In this document: piece by piece, positions 44,195-54,114 of the stretch | How the letters are laid out: every line of letters begins with the position of its first letter | Position numbering within the stretch: position 1 is the stretch's first letter | DNA from: Bryobacterales bacterium | Lineage (GTDB): Bacteria; Acidobacteriota; Terriglobia; Bryobacterales; Bryobacteraceae | Length of the DNA stretch: 64,000 nucleotides | NCBI GenBank assembly: GCA_963725455.1 | Contig: CAVRZH010000112.1 | Span: 12,600 to 76,599, forward strand | Direction: 5' to 3' | Position numbers and translations under genes: made by a program | Notes under the pieces: model-generated | Told to the model about the DNA's origin: nothing | The model's input: only the letters and a program-made list of their open reading frames with translations | The model's database searches: none

Positions 44195-46576
44195 CTATTT
44201 CACTTGCGCCAGCAGGTTCCGAAGCTCGGTTGCGGTTTCCGCCGGTGGTTTCTTGGACAACGCCGTCTCCACCTGAAGCCTCGCAGCGGAAGAATTACCG
44301 GTGTCAGCCAACGCAACCGCATAGTGATAGCGGAACGTCACGTCGTCGGGATGCTCCTTGGTTAGCGCTTCCAGAATCCGAAGCGCGGCGGACTCATTGT
44401 GCAGCTTGATTTGCACCCACGCCAAGGTGTCCTGCAACTGGGGAGCGTTGGGTGCTTTCAGGATGGCCCTGTTCACCAGGCGCAAAGCTTCCGCGGTATC
44501 GCCACCAGTGTCCGCGATCAGGAATGCCAGATTGTTGAGCGTTGCCGGATCGTCTGGCGACTTTGTAAGAGCCTTGCGGTAGTTCTGGATGGCTTCCGAT
44601 TTCTTGCCCAAGCGCTCCTGCAGGTTCGCGACCACTTGATCCAGGCCCTTGCGATCCGGAGCCAGCTGGCGCGCTCTTTCGAACGCCTGTAGCGACTCTT
44701 GCAGCTTGCCATTGGCCTGCTCCAAAGCGCCAATCCGGATCTGCACATCAGCCGAAGTCGGATTCTGCGCGGCCATCTTCTGCAGTTCCGAAAGCGCCAT
44801 ATCCTTTTTCCCATCGGCTTCCGCTGTAGCGATGAGGAGCGCCTCCTTCCCCTTAGATTCCGGAGAATGTTGTGTTTCTTGCTCCATCAACGCCAAGGCG
44901 CGGTCTGGCATATGTTCCGCCTCGAACGTGTTTACCAGCCCGGCCAGGGGCTGAATGTCGGGTGACCCTTCCTTGTAGAGTTTGCGGAACAGTTGTTCGG
45001 CCTCCGCGTAGTGCCCTTGTCCCAGCGCGATGACGCCCAGTTGCATCTCCACCTGGGGCGCGTCCTTGGTGTCATGGGCCAGTTGCTCAGCCTCGGTCTT
45101 AGCCGCTCCGTAGGAGTGCGTCCCGGTCAAACCAATCACGCGAAAAAGCCGCGCGCTCGGATCGCTGCTGCGAATCCTTAGAGCCGCGTCGGCATGTTGC
45201 AGCACAGCGGCATAGTTTTTCCGCGCCACTTCCAGGCGCGCCAAAGCCAATTGCGCGGTCTCCGATGGTGGATTGGCCTGGGCCGCGTTTTGAAGATGCG
45301 AGTATGCTTCGTCCACCTTGCCTGCGAGCAGGAGAGCCTGCCCGGCCAGCAGTTGAAGCCTCGTGTTATTGGGAGCCTCTTTTACAAGATCGGTTGCCAG
45401 GGTGGCCGCTGCATTCAAGTTCTGTGCTCCGCCCATCCGCTCCAGTGCCTGTACTTTCAGAGCACGGGCAAATTGGTTCTTCGGATCCTTGGCCAGGATG
45501 TCGTCCGCGGCCTTGATTGCATCCGGGAATTTCCCCAGCTTGGCCAGCGTGCTGGCTATCCGTTCCTGGTAGACCTGCAGGCGCTCATGATCCTTGGATT
45601 CACCCCGCTGATAATCCGCCAGCGCCTTGTCCAGATTGCGCGTCAAGGAATGAAAATCCCCCACCAGCAAATCCGCCTGTGGGAACTGAGCACGCCGGTC
45701 GAGCAGCGAGTCCAGCGTTTTCTCGGCATTCTCCGGCTGCTTTCGAGCGTAGTAGAACGACGCCAGACGGAGTATTGGACTCGATTCCTTGGGGTTATTC
45801 GCCACCCACGACTTCAAAAGCGCCTCCGCTTTTTCCCAGTTTTGCTGCGATGCGTAAATGGCGTACAACACTTCGTACGACTGGTTATATTGCGGATGCT
45901 GGTCCAAGGTTTGCCGCGCCGTCTTCTCGGATTCATCGATTTGGTTGTCACGCAGCAGCGCCCGGGCCAAGTCGCTTTGCACTTCCGCGTTACCCGGCGC
46001 GATCCCAGCCGCTTCCCGCAGACTTTGCACGGCGGCGCCCGGCTGATTGTCGATCAGCGACAGCGCGCCTTTTAAACGCAGGCCTTCCATGCGATTGCCC
46101 CCCGGCGCCAGTAGTTCATCGGCGATGGCCATGGCTTGCTTGTAGAATGCGGGGGGGTGCTTTGCATCGCGCGTATAGATAATCAGTGCCAAGTTCGCAA
46201 GTTGTATCTTGGCTGGAACATTCTTCGCATCGAGCGACACTGCGCGGCCGAAGGCCTGATAGGCATTACCCACCTGGTTTTGCTTCTCCAGCGTCAGTCC
46301 AAGATGGTAATAAGCGTCGCCGGAATTGGGGCTCTTCTTGATCGCATTCCGATAGTTGAGCGCCGCGTCGGCATACTTCCCATCGGCCGCCAGCTTGTTG
46401 CCCCGGTCAATGTATTGAGCGGCGCTTTTGCCGCATGCCACCACGCACAGGCTGGCCACGACACACACCAGCGCCGGAAAAATTGCGGGCAAGCTATGCG
46501 TCCGCGCGCAGCCGATCCGACGTTCAGGAAGTTGGGGAGGCGTCAAAATCTTACGGTAGCATAGCGCGGAGTTCAT
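44195..46576 (-). CDS. Large TPR-repeat lipoprotein
   Basis: 793 aa with a lipobox-like SLCVVACGKS. TPR motifs run essentially end to end (e.g. GKYADAALNYRNAIKKSPNSGDAYYHLGLTLEKQ). Confidence 0.8.
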   Translation of the reverse strand: MNSALCYRKILTPPQLPERRIGCARTHSLPAIFPALVCVVASLCVVACGKSAAQYIDRGNKLAADGKYADAALNYRNAIKKSPNSGDAYYHLGLTLEKQNQVGNAYQAFGRAVSLDAKNVPAKIQLANLALIIYTRDAKHPPAFYKQAMAIADELLAPGGNRMEGLRLKGALSLIDNQPGAAVQSLREAAGIAPGNAEVQSDLARALLRDNQIDESEKTARQTLDQHPQYNQSYEVLYAIYASQQNWEKAEALLKSWVANNPKESSPILRLASFYYARKQPENAEKTLDSLLDRRAQFPQADLLVGDFHSLTRNLDKALADYQRGESKDHERLQVYQERIASTLAKLGKFPDAIKAADDILAKDPKNQFARALKVQALERMGGAQNLNAAATLATDLVKEAPNNTRLQLLAGQALLLAGKVDEAYSHLQNAAQANPPSETAQLALARLEVARKNYAAVLQHADAALRIRSSDPSARLFRVIGLTGTHSYGAAKTEAEQLAHDTKDAPQVEMQLGVIALGQGHYAEAEQLFRKLYKEGSPDIQPLAGLVNTFEAEHMPDRALALMEQETQHSPESKGKEALLIATAEADGKKDMALSELQKMAAQNPTSADVQIRIGALEQANGKLQESLQAFERARQLAPDRKGLDQVVANLQERLGKKSEAIQNYRKALTKSPDDPATLNNLAFLIADTGGDTAEALRLVNRAILKAPNAPQLQDTLAWVQIKLHNESAALRILEALTKEHPDDVTFRYHYAVALADTGNSSAARLQVETALSKKPPAETATELRNLLAQVK

Positions 46577-46827
46577 AACTCAGCCAATATAATCGGCAGA
46601 ATCGTCCATTCGCGTTATCGTCGAGTAACATTTGCAGTCCCGCTCCGATTGCAACGTAGGATCTTCAGAAATGGCAGACGGCGCAATGTTGGATGCTTAC
46701 CGCAGCGATCAGAGACATTCCTTTATATTCAAAGGTTTATGGTCTGCCTGGGGCAGCCGAATCGATGTCCTGATGGTTGGAAGGAAAACTGCCTGCCTGG
46801 TTACGCAGGGAAAGGAAACGCAGCTTT

Positions 46828-46983
46828 ATGTTGATCCTGTTAATTCTGTTAATTGTTTTGTTGATCGGCGCCACGCCGGCCTGGCCCTATAGCCGGGGCT
46901 GGGGCTACTATCCGACCGGAGTTCTCGGAACGATTCTCGTGATCTTTCTGGTGCTCATTCTCCTGGGGCAAGTGAACCTGTGA
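46828..46983 (+). CDS. DUF3309 family small membrane protein
   Basis: MLILLILLIVLLIGATPAWPYSRGWGYYPTGVLGTILVIFLVLILLG matches the DUF3309 pattern. I use the internal ATG at 46828 of the track ORF 46777-46983, with AAAGGAAAC upstream. Confidence 0.8.
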   Translation: MLILLILLIVLLIGATPAWPYSRGWGYYPTGVLGTILVIFLVLILLGQVNL

Positions 46984-47017
46984 TTCGAGAAGCAATGCGA
47001 GAAAAGAGGAGAACTGC

Positions 47018-47707
47018 ATGAAATATGCCGCCAGTTTGGCATTGTCATTATCTTTGGCATCCTTGACATATGCCGTGGAGCCGGAGAATGGCGCGCAGAA
47101 GCGTGTTACTGCCTCCGCTGAGGTATTGAGCGAGATTCTGCACGCCAAAGACCGGGGGATTCCAGAGGATCTCTTGGCGAAAGCCCAGTGTGTCGGCATT
47201 GTGCCCAGTTTGAAGCGCGCCGGCTTTATTGTCGGCGCGAAATACGGGAAGGGCGAAGTAGTCTGCCGGACCGATCACGGCTGGAGCGCGCCATCCACCA
47301 TTCGTATTGAAGGCGGAAGTTTTGGCTTTCAGATTGGGGCCGGTGAGACGGACCTGGTTTTCATCGTGATGAACCGTCATGGAGTCCGGGACCTGATGAA
47401 AGACAAGTTCACACTGGGTGGCGACGCCAGTGCAATGGCGGGGCCCCTGGGCCGGTCGAGCGAGGCTCAAACCGACGCATTGATGCGGGCGGAAATCCTC
47501 GGGTACTCACGGTCCCACGGCATTTTCGCGGGAGTGGCGCTGGAGGGGTCCACACTTCGTCCCGACAATGCCGACAACCGTGAACTATATGGCCGCGACG
47601 TAACCCAGCGAGAAATTCTCTTGGGCCACGTGAGGCGTCCCGCGGTCGCCGGTCCGCTCTATGCCGAACTGGACCGTTACGCGCGTGTGAAACGGGCTTC
47701 CCGATAA
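47018..47707 (+). CDS. SYLF (Ysc84/DUF500) lipid-binding domain protein, secreted
   Basis: Signal peptide, then KAQCVGIVPSLKRAGFIVGAKYGKGEVVCR...WSAPSTIRIEGGSFGFQIGAGETDLVFIVMN, typical of the SYLF domain. Confidence 0.8.
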   Translation: MKYAASLALSLSLASLTYAVEPENGAQKRVTASAEVLSEILHAKDRGIPEDLLAKAQCVGIVPSLKRAGFIVGAKYGKGEVVCRTDHGWSAPSTIRIEGGSFGFQIGAGETDLVFIVMNRHGVRDLMKDKFTLGGDASAMAGPLGRSSEAQTDALMRAEILGYSRSHGIFAGVALEGSTLRPDNADNRELYGRDVTQREILLGHVRRPAVAGPLYAELDRYARVKRASR

Positions 47708-47806
47708 CCTGCGCTTCGCGCTTGAGACCGTTACGTCCAGAAACATCGCAGCTCGCCACTGGGTCTCACAAGTGAAGTCAAATTACTTATCAGGAAGGAT
47801 TACATT

Positions 47807-48001
47807 ATGACTAAAGATCCAGTATGTGGAAAGCAAGTTGACGAGAACCGGGCTCCGGCCACCAGTATGTACCAAGGCAAGAAGTATTCATTCTGCGGCC
47901 AAGACTGCAAGAATAAGTTCGACCAGCAGCCACAGAACTACTCCCAGGCGTCATCGCAGCAGAATAAACAACAGCCTCAGCAGGAACACGTCAACCGGTA
48001 G
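47807..48001 (+). CDS. YHS/TRASH-domain small protein with Q-rich tail
   Basis: DPVCGKQVDE...YQGKKYSFCGQDCKNKFDQQP is the YHS-domain cysteine pattern. The C-terminal tail is SQQNKQQPQQ. Confidence 0.8.
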   Translation: MTKDPVCGKQVDENRAPATSMYQGKKYSFCGQDCKNKFDQQPQNYSQASSQQNKQQPQQEHVNR

Positions 48002-48013
48002 TTTCCTCAGCGC

Positions 48014-48046
48014 GGCTCCCGGAGCTATGTGGTGGCTCCGGGAGCC
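48014..48046 (+). terminator. Strong GC-rich hairpin (12-bp perfect stem) between the YHS gene and the GH15 gene; terminator or translational control element
   Basis: GGCTCCCGGAGC (48014-48025) pairs perfectly with GCTCCGGGAGCC (48035-48046) around a 9-nt loop. It is followed by CTCCTTTC, which is only weakly U-rich. The GH15 ATG lies 14 nt downstream. Confidence 0.4.
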
Positions 48047-48059
48047 CTCCTTTCAATAA

Positions 48060-49931
48060 ATGCCCTATCAGCCGATTGAAGACTACGGGGTAGTCGGTAA
48101 TCTGCGCACTACTGCCTTGGCCGGGAAGAACGGCTCCGTCGACTGGTTTTGTTTTCCTCATTTCGATTCGCCGAGCATATTCGGCGCCATCCTTGACGAG
48201 CAAAAGGGCGGCTATTTTCAGATCTCGCCTGGTATCGATGGGTTCTCGCGCAAGCAAGTCTATTGGCCCGACACCAACGTCCTGGTGACTCGGTTTCTTT
48301 CCGCGGACGGAGTCGGCGAAATAATCGATTACATGCCAGTGGGCGAATCGAAGACCGAGCCGCCTTACCGCGGGCTGGTACGCCGGGTGAAAGTGGCGCG
48401 GGGGTCCATGCGGTTTCGCCTGGAATGTGTTCCGGCCTTTAATTACGGACGCGACCAACACACCGTGGAGATTGTTCCGGAAGGGGCACGTTTCACTTCT
48501 CCCAATTTGCGCATGGGGCTGGGTTCGTCTATCCCACTGCGGAAGTTTTCCAGAGACGGAATGGCGGACAATGGCGTGGCCGTCGAGTTTACGCTCGACG
48601 AAGGGCAGACCCAGAGCTTCGAGATGCATGGCCTGGCTGAGGGCGTTCGCGAACAAATCGGGCTGGCGGAGAAGGAGAGTGAAAAACTCTTTCACGACAC
48701 CATTCATTTCTGGCGCCAGTGGATCGGCAAGTGTACCTACCGCGGCCGGTGGCGTGAAATGGTTCATCGTTCGGCGCTGCTGCTGAAGCTGCTCACTTTT
48801 GAGCCCACCGGGGCCATTGTGGCCGCGCCCACCTGCAGCTTGCCGGAAAGCCTGGGGGGCCCGCGCAACTGGGATTATCGCTACACCTGGATTCGCGATG
48901 CCGCTTTTACCGTCTATAGTCTGATGCGTATTGGCTTCACTGACGAAGCTGCGGAGTTCGTTTCTTTTCTCGATGCGCGCTGCCACGAGATGGATCCCGA
49001 CGGATCGCTGCAGACGGTGTATGGCATTGACGGCCGGCATGTGCTGACGGAAGAAACGCTGGATCATTGGGAAGGCTACAAAGGATCGAAGCCGGTGCGC
49101 ATCGGCAACGGCGCATACCAGCAGCTCCAGCTCGATATCTACGGGGAGTTGATGGACTCGTTGTACCTCTACAACAAATATGGGACCCCGATTTCTTATG
49201 ACCTTTGGAATTATCTCCGCCGACTGACCGACTGGGTCGCGAAGCATTGGAAGGACAAAGACGACGCCATCTGGGAAGTGCGCGGCGGACCGCGTGATTT
49301 CGTCTACTCCAAGATGATGTGTTGGGTAGCGGTGGATCGCGCCTTGCGATTGGCCAGCAAGCGCTCTTTTCCGGCGGATTGGAGCGGCTGGACCTCGGTC
49401 CGCGATGAGATCTACGAGACCGTAATGAAGCGGGGATGGAACAAGGAACGCGGGGCTTTCGTGCAGCAGTTCGACGGTGATGCGCTGGATGCGTCCACGC
49501 TCCTAATGCCGCTGGTGTTTTTCGTTTCGCCCACCGATCCGCGCATGCTCCAGACCATTGACGCTATCAATCGGTCGCCCAAGGCCGGCGGGCTGGTCTC
49601 TGATGGGCTGGTCTTTCGTTACGACGTGGAAAAAACGCCGGATGGGTTGAAGGGCACGGAGGGTACTTTCAATCTCTGCACGTTTTGGCTGGTGGAAGCT
49701 TTAACGCGCGCCAGTCCCGCCGACCCCAAACGTCTGGGGCGGGCGCGCCTGTTGTTCGAGCAAATGATCGGATTCGCGAATCATTTGGGCTTGTATGCGG
49801 AGCAGATCGGCCCCCAGGGCCAGGCGCTCGGCAATTTCCCGCAAGCGCTTACGCACCTGGCGTTGATCAGCGCGGCGTTTAATTTGGATCGCTACCTGGA
49901 CGGCCGGGAAAAGACGCCGCCAGTGAAGTAG
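48060..49931 (+). CDS. Glycoside hydrolase family 15 (glucoamylase/trehalase-like)
   Basis: The N-terminus [43 protein letters not shown] and WIRDAAFT are GH15 hallmarks. Confidence 0.9.
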   Translation: MPYQPIEDYGVVGNLRTTALAGKNGSVDWFCFPHFDSPSIFGAILDEQKGGYFQISPGIDGFSRKQVYWPDTNVLVTRFLSADGVGEIIDYMPVGESKTEPPYRGLVRRVKVARGSMRFRLECVPAFNYGRDQHTVEIVPEGARFTSPNLRMGLGSSIPLRKFSRDGMADNGVAVEFTLDEGQTQSFEMHGLAEGVREQIGLAEKESEKLFHDTIHFWRQWIGKCTYRGRWREMVHRSALLLKLLTFEPTGAIVAAPTCSLPESLGGPRNWDYRYTWIRDAAFTVYSLMRIGFTDEAAEFVSFLDARCHEMDPDGSLQTVYGIDGRHVLTEETLDHWEGYKGSKPVRIGNGAYQQLQLDIYGELMDSLYLYNKYGTPISYDLWNYLRRLTDWVAKHWKDKDDAIWEVRGGPRDFVYSKMMCWVAVDRALRLASKRSFPADWSGWTSVRDEIYETVMKRGWNKERGAFVQQFDGDALDASTLLMPLVFFVSPTDPRMLQTIDAINRSPKAGGLVSDGLVFRYDVEKTPDGLKGTEGTFNLCTFWLVEALTRASPADPKRLGRARLLFEQMIGFANHLGLYAEQIGPQGQALGNFPQALTHLALISAAFNLDRYLDGREKTPPVK

Positions 49932-50007
49932 TTGCGGGCCGCTCGAAGGCGTTCCTCTCGCTGACCACAGGTATTCACCCTGGGTGGATACCGTAACCGA
50001 ACCGGAG

Positions 50008-52266
50008 TCAATCCGAGCGTGTATTCATAAACTCAAGAATCAGCTGTGTGGACACTGGTTGAACGGCTGGAGTGTATGGCGCTTTCACTCGCGCAGCGAC
50101 TCTTTTCCGCACGCGGGCCAACTCCTCCAGCAACGTTTCGATCTGGAAGGGTTTCGAGACATAACCGTCCATCCCAGCCGCCCGACAGGCCTCCATATCT
50201 TCCTTGAGTGCATGGGCCGTCATCGCGATGATAGGCAAATGTTTTCCCGTCTCCCGTTCGCGGATCCGAATCGCCGCCGTGGCTTCCCAACCGTTCATCA
50301 CTGGCATCTGCACGTCCATGAGAACTAGGTCGAACACGTCTCGTGAAGTGGCGTTCAACCCTTCATATCCGTTAACCGCGGTAGTTACATAATGGCCGCG
50401 CTTGTTGAGCATCGACACCGCGACCTTTCGATTGACTGCGTTGTCTTCTACCAGAAGGATACGCAAGGCTGCACCGGATTCCTCCTGCGGCCGGTGGTTT
50501 GCTGGGCGCGTCACGGGGGCGCTATCCACCAGATTCCGTAATACCTGCTCGAGGCAGGCTTGATCCCACGGTTTAGAGATGAACGCGTCCCCAACGGAAC
50601 ATCCGCATGCCGGAGCGCCATCGGCTTCACCGTTGGAGACGAGTACAACGATGCGAGTGCACTGATTTCGCCGACGGATCTGCTGGATAACGTCGAAGTC
50701 GTTGGTGCAAAACTGTTCATGATCAATCAATACGAAGGGAAATGGAGTGCCCCTGAAATCGGCGGCATCCAGCGCAGCGAGAGCGGTGGATGCATCGTCG
50801 TAGAGCGCAGGTTTCATTCCGAATCGCAGCAACATCTCCTTCAAGTTCGCGCTATCGGGAGCCGTGCCGCCCATCGCGAGCACGGAGACACCGGCGAGCG
50901 AATCCTCCAGGGCCGGCGTCGATTTCTTTTCTGCTAGCCCCAGCGTTACCGTGAAGTGGAAGGTGCTACCCCTGCCCGCTTCGGACTCGAGCCAGATGCA
51001 CCCACCCATGGCATTTACGAGGCGACTGGAGATGGCCAACCCCAGTCCCGTTCCGCCGAAACGACGTGAAATGGAGCCGTCCGCCTGCGTAAAGGCGTTA
51101 AAGACGGTGCCTTGTTTTTCGATTGGGATTCCGATCCCGGTGTCTTCGACCGAAAAATGCCAGCGGCAAGCAGGCTGGCCGCCCGTTGCTTGTTCGTAGC
51201 CTGTCTTCTCCACCGTTACGGTAATGCCGCCGCGCTCGGTGAATTTGATCGCATTACTCAACATGTTTATGAGGATTTGCCGCAACCGCGTAGGATCTCC
51301 CACCACGGAACCGTCCGCAAGTTGCCGAACGACCAGCCGCAACTCGGATTTGCGGGCGCGGGGGGTGAGCAGCCGCGTTACGCCGTTCACTATGTCGCTC
51401 AATATGAACTCGGTCGATTCCAGCTCCAGATTGCCCGATTCGATCTTGGAAAAATCCAAGATGTCGTTGATGATCGTCAGCAAAGAATCCGCCGATTCCT
51501 TGATCGTCTCGGCGGCCTCGCGTTGGTCGGCGGAAAGCGGTGTGTCCAGCAATACCTGCGTCATCCCGAGTACGCCATTCATGGGAGTGCGAATCTCGTG
51601 GCTCATGGTAGCCAGGAAATTACTTTTGGCACGATTTGCCGATTCCGCGGCCGCTATCGCCTGTTCCAGTTGCTGGGTGCGCTCCGCCACTCGCGATTCC
51701 AACTCCGCCTGCGCTCGTTCCAGAGACGCTTCCGCGCGCTTCATCTCCGTAATATCGAAGCCGGCGCCGTGGATGAACCAGGGCTGCCCGTCCTCGGATC
51801 GGATCATCTTAGCTTCGCAGCGCAACCACACCGTGCTCCCATCCCGGGCCAGCAGCCGGTAGGTGGATCTAAGCGGCGCACCCTTTACGAAAAACTGTAC
51901 AGCTTCATGGCTCCAACGTTCCTTATCGTCGGGATGCAACTGCCGGAACCACAAGATAGGACTCTCCAGCCATTCTTCCTGAGTGAAGCCTAGGATGGTC
52001 TCTATCTGCGGGCTTACGTAAGCTTCCCCTATGCCCCCTTCCATGGGTGCGAAGAAGACCACGGCCGGGACCTGTTCAATGAGTGCCCGGTAGCGGTCTC
52101 CCGCGCTCAGTGGGGAATAAGCTCGGCGTTTCAGGTTCGAGGTTGCCTGAGAGTGGGCACAAGCCAACTCCAGCAGCACTGCTTCGGCGTCACGCAGTAC
52201 GGCTGCAGTGTCGGGTTGCAGACTGACCGGGTTTTCCCACTCTTCCCACAAGGGTATATCTCTCAC
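50008..52266 (-). CDS. Hybrid sensor histidine kinase: PAS, HisKA, HATPase_c, degenerate receiver, canonical receiver
   Basis: H-box [17 protein letters not shown] boxes (NAIKFT, DTGIGI, GGTGLGL), and a final receiver [10 protein letters not shown]...[10 protein letters not shown]...SKP. The intermediate receiver-like region has LAMGGT where the acidic pair normally sits. Confidence 0.9.
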   Translation of the reverse strand: MRDIPLWEEWENPVSLQPDTAAVLRDAEAVLLELACAHSQATSNLKRRAYSPLSAGDRYRALIEQVPAVVFFAPMEGGIGEAYVSPQIETILGFTQEEWLESPILWFRQLHPDDKERWSHEAVQFFVKGAPLRSTYRLLARDGSTVWLRCEAKMIRSEDGQPWFIHGAGFDITEMKRAEASLERAQAELESRVAERTQQLEQAIAAAESANRAKSNFLATMSHEIRTPMNGVLGMTQVLLDTPLSADQREAAETIKESADSLLTIINDILDFSKIESGNLELESTEFILSDIVNGVTRLLTPRARKSELRLVVRQLADGSVVGDPTRLRQILINMLSNAIKFTERGGITVTVEKTGYEQATGGQPACRWHFSVEDTGIGIPIEKQGTVFNAFTQADGSISRRFGGTGLGLAISSRLVNAMGGCIWLESEAGRGSTFHFTVTLGLAEKKSTPALEDSLAGVSVLAMGGTAPDSANLKEMLLRFGMKPALYDDASTALAALDAADFRGTPFPFVLIDHEQFCTNDFDVIQQIRRRNQCTRIVVLVSNGEADGAPACGCSVGDAFISKPWDQACLEQVLRNLVDSAPVTRPANHRPQEESGAALRILLVEDNAVNRKVAVSMLNKRGHYVTTAVNGYEGLNATSRDVFDLVLMDVQMPVMNGWEATAAIRIRERETGKHLPIIAMTAHALKEDMEACRAAGMDGYVSKPFQIETLLEELARVRKRVAARVKAPYTPAVQPVSTQLILEFMNTRSD

Positions 52267-52528
52267 GCTCTCATCGGCACCATGCTATTCGACCTTTAGC
52301 TTCCTAATCGATGAAACTATTGACGATTTAGCGGATAAATTGCTTACGATCGCTTTCCGAGCTCTCGGTTACACGCCTGCGCGCAGATGTCGAATCTCTC
52401 AATACCACGAATAGGGTACGCTTCTCCCCACTAAACTGGTTACTCGAAAACCCTTCCATCTTGTGATTCGGCCGGCTCGCTAATTGGGCATAAATGAGGA
52501 GCGTAGTCTTCCTGAAGGAGGAACCACT

Positions 52529-53050
52529 ATGAAAAGGATCACGCCGTTGTTGCTTGCCGCTGCAATCTTGGCAAGTATCGCCGCTTTTACGGCGCCTGCG
52601 TCCCTGCGCGCCAATGACTCGGCCGCCCCAATCTTCGTTACAAAAATCCCCGCCGGATACCGGGACTTTCGGTTGATCTCGGTCGCCCACGAAGAAGGCA
52701 GCCTGAACAGTCTTGGCGCTGTGTTGGGCAACAACGTGGCGATCCAGGCCTATCGCGACGGGAAGCTTCCTTTCCCGGATGGAACCATCATTGCCGCTTT
52801 GCACTATAGTCACGTCCCGTCGGCGGAAAACAACAAGGTCTTTGGCCAAGCGCAATCTTTCGTCCCTGGCGCCCCCACGAACATTCAGTTTATGGTCAAG
52901 GACTCCACGAAGTACGCCGCAACGGGCGGCTGGGGGTTCGCTACCTTCGTGGACGGTAAACCCGCGGCTGCGGCGTCCATGAAATCCTGCTTCCCCTGCC
53001 ACAATCAAGCCAAGTCGAGTGACCTGGTCTTCACGCGTTACGCGCCTTAG
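52529..53050 (+). CDS. Cytochrome P460 family protein (secreted, single c-type heme)
   Basis: Signal peptide from the ATG at 52529 (GGAGGA upstream) and IPAGYRDFRLISV. The C-terminal CFPCH heme motif is followed by DLVFTRY, as in the P460 family. Confidence 0.75.
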   Translation: MKRITPLLLAAAILASIAAFTAPASLRANDSAAPIFVTKIPAGYRDFRLISVAHEEGSLNSLGAVLGNNVAIQAYRDGKLPFPDGTIIAALHYSHVPSAENNKVFGQAQSFVPGAPTNIQFMVKDSTKYAATGGWGFATFVDGKPAAAASMKSCFPCHNQAKSSDLVFTRYAP

Positions 53051-53070
53051 TCGTGCGCGACAAGCGCGTT

Positions 53071-53976
53071 CTAGTGAGGGTCGGCGTAGACGCTTTTGAC
53101 GAATCCCGCTGCGTTCGTGTTGGGCCAATCGGGATGCAACGTTTTGAGAGCTGTGCTGACTTCTTTCCCAGCGTCATCCGCCGACACACCCTTTTGCTTG
53201 AGAGCGAGCGCTCGTGTGCGAATTTCCGATATCAGCTTTCGCTCCTCCGCAACCAGCGAACCATCGCCGGGAGCACTGTGGTCGGGCAGGACGTGCGCCA
53301 CGTTGAGGCTCGCGATTTTATCCACCACGGCCAGCCACGTAGTAGGCGTGCCACCGTCGCCGAAGATCATCGGCATGGTCTTGTTCTGCACGACGTCGCC
53401 CGAAATCAGCGTGCGATCCGGCTCAACAAAGGTAAGCTCATCGCCCTTGGTGTGCGCTTCGCCGAACCAGATCAGGCGCGCCGCCACGCCGCCCAGATCG
53501 ATCCTCGCTTCTTGATCGAACATCACGTCAGGGGTGCGCAACACCACGCCCGCGAGCAACTCACTGTTCTGCGCTGAACCCTTGCTGAACATATCGATCA
53601 TCTCCTGCCCGTGCTTCTCCATTTCTTTCTGCTGCATTGTGTTGCGGATCAGGATCGTGCTGGGAGGAAAGCCGGGCTCGCCGGCGGCGTGCTCCGGATG
53701 GAAGTGGGTTGTGGTGAGGAACAGCTTGTGGTTATTGGGCGCCAGTTTGGTGGCCACGCGCGCGGCCGTAGCTCCATTTTTCGGGCCCAGGCCCGTATCC
53801 ACCACCAGCGTTGCGCGGCTACCAACCACGATAGCGATGTTAGGAAAGCCCATAATCGCCCAGACGTGGTCGGAAACCTGGGTCGTCTTCTCGCTAACCA
53901 GGGGCTGGGCCATTTGCCCGAATGCGCCGGCGGTCGTCAGAGCGGCCAGCGCCAAGACTTTCGTGGGTGACTTCAT
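53071..53976 (-). CDS. Secreted MBL-fold metallo-hydrolase
   Basis: Signal peptide MKSPTKVLALAALTTAGAFG from the ATG at 53976 (the track ORF extends to 54096). The metal motif is THFHPEH (an HxHxEH variant of HxHxDH), with later H and D residues. Confidence 0.8.
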   Translation of the reverse strand: MKSPTKVLALAALTTAGAFGQMAQPLVSEKTTQVSDHVWAIMGFPNIAIVVGSRATLVVDTGLGPKNGATAARVATKLAPNNHKLFLTTTHFHPEHAAGEPGFPPSTILIRNTMQQKEMEKHGQEMIDMFSKGSAQNSELLAGVVLRTPDVMFDQEARIDLGGVAARLIWFGEAHTKGDELTFVEPDRTLISGDVVQNKTMPMIFGDGGTPTTWLAVVDKIASLNVAHVLPDHSAPGDGSLVAEERKLISEIRTRALALKQKGVSADDAGKEVSTALKTLHPDWPNTNAAGFVKSVYADPH

Positions 53977-54114
53977 AGTCTTTCCCTTGTACCATGCCAA
54001 GATTCGGGCCGGCGCCGGATACGACGAATAGGTAGGATTTCTGAACTCGGCAGCGACGTTCCCTCGTGGTGCATCGGCCCGCCGAGGGATGAGCACCCAA
54101 GGCCGTTTACACGC

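Noticed and set aside
46588-46593. TATAAT in the 250-nt region between the TPR lipoprotein gene and the DUF3309 gene.
   Set aside because: It would imply a ~230-nt leader for the plus-strand gene, and there is no supporting -35 element. The orientation relative to the minus-strand gene is wrong.
49932-50007. A possible bidirectional terminator between the convergent GH15 and histidine kinase genes.
   Set aside because: Only short, imperfect inverted repeats are present, with no U-tract. It is not convincing.
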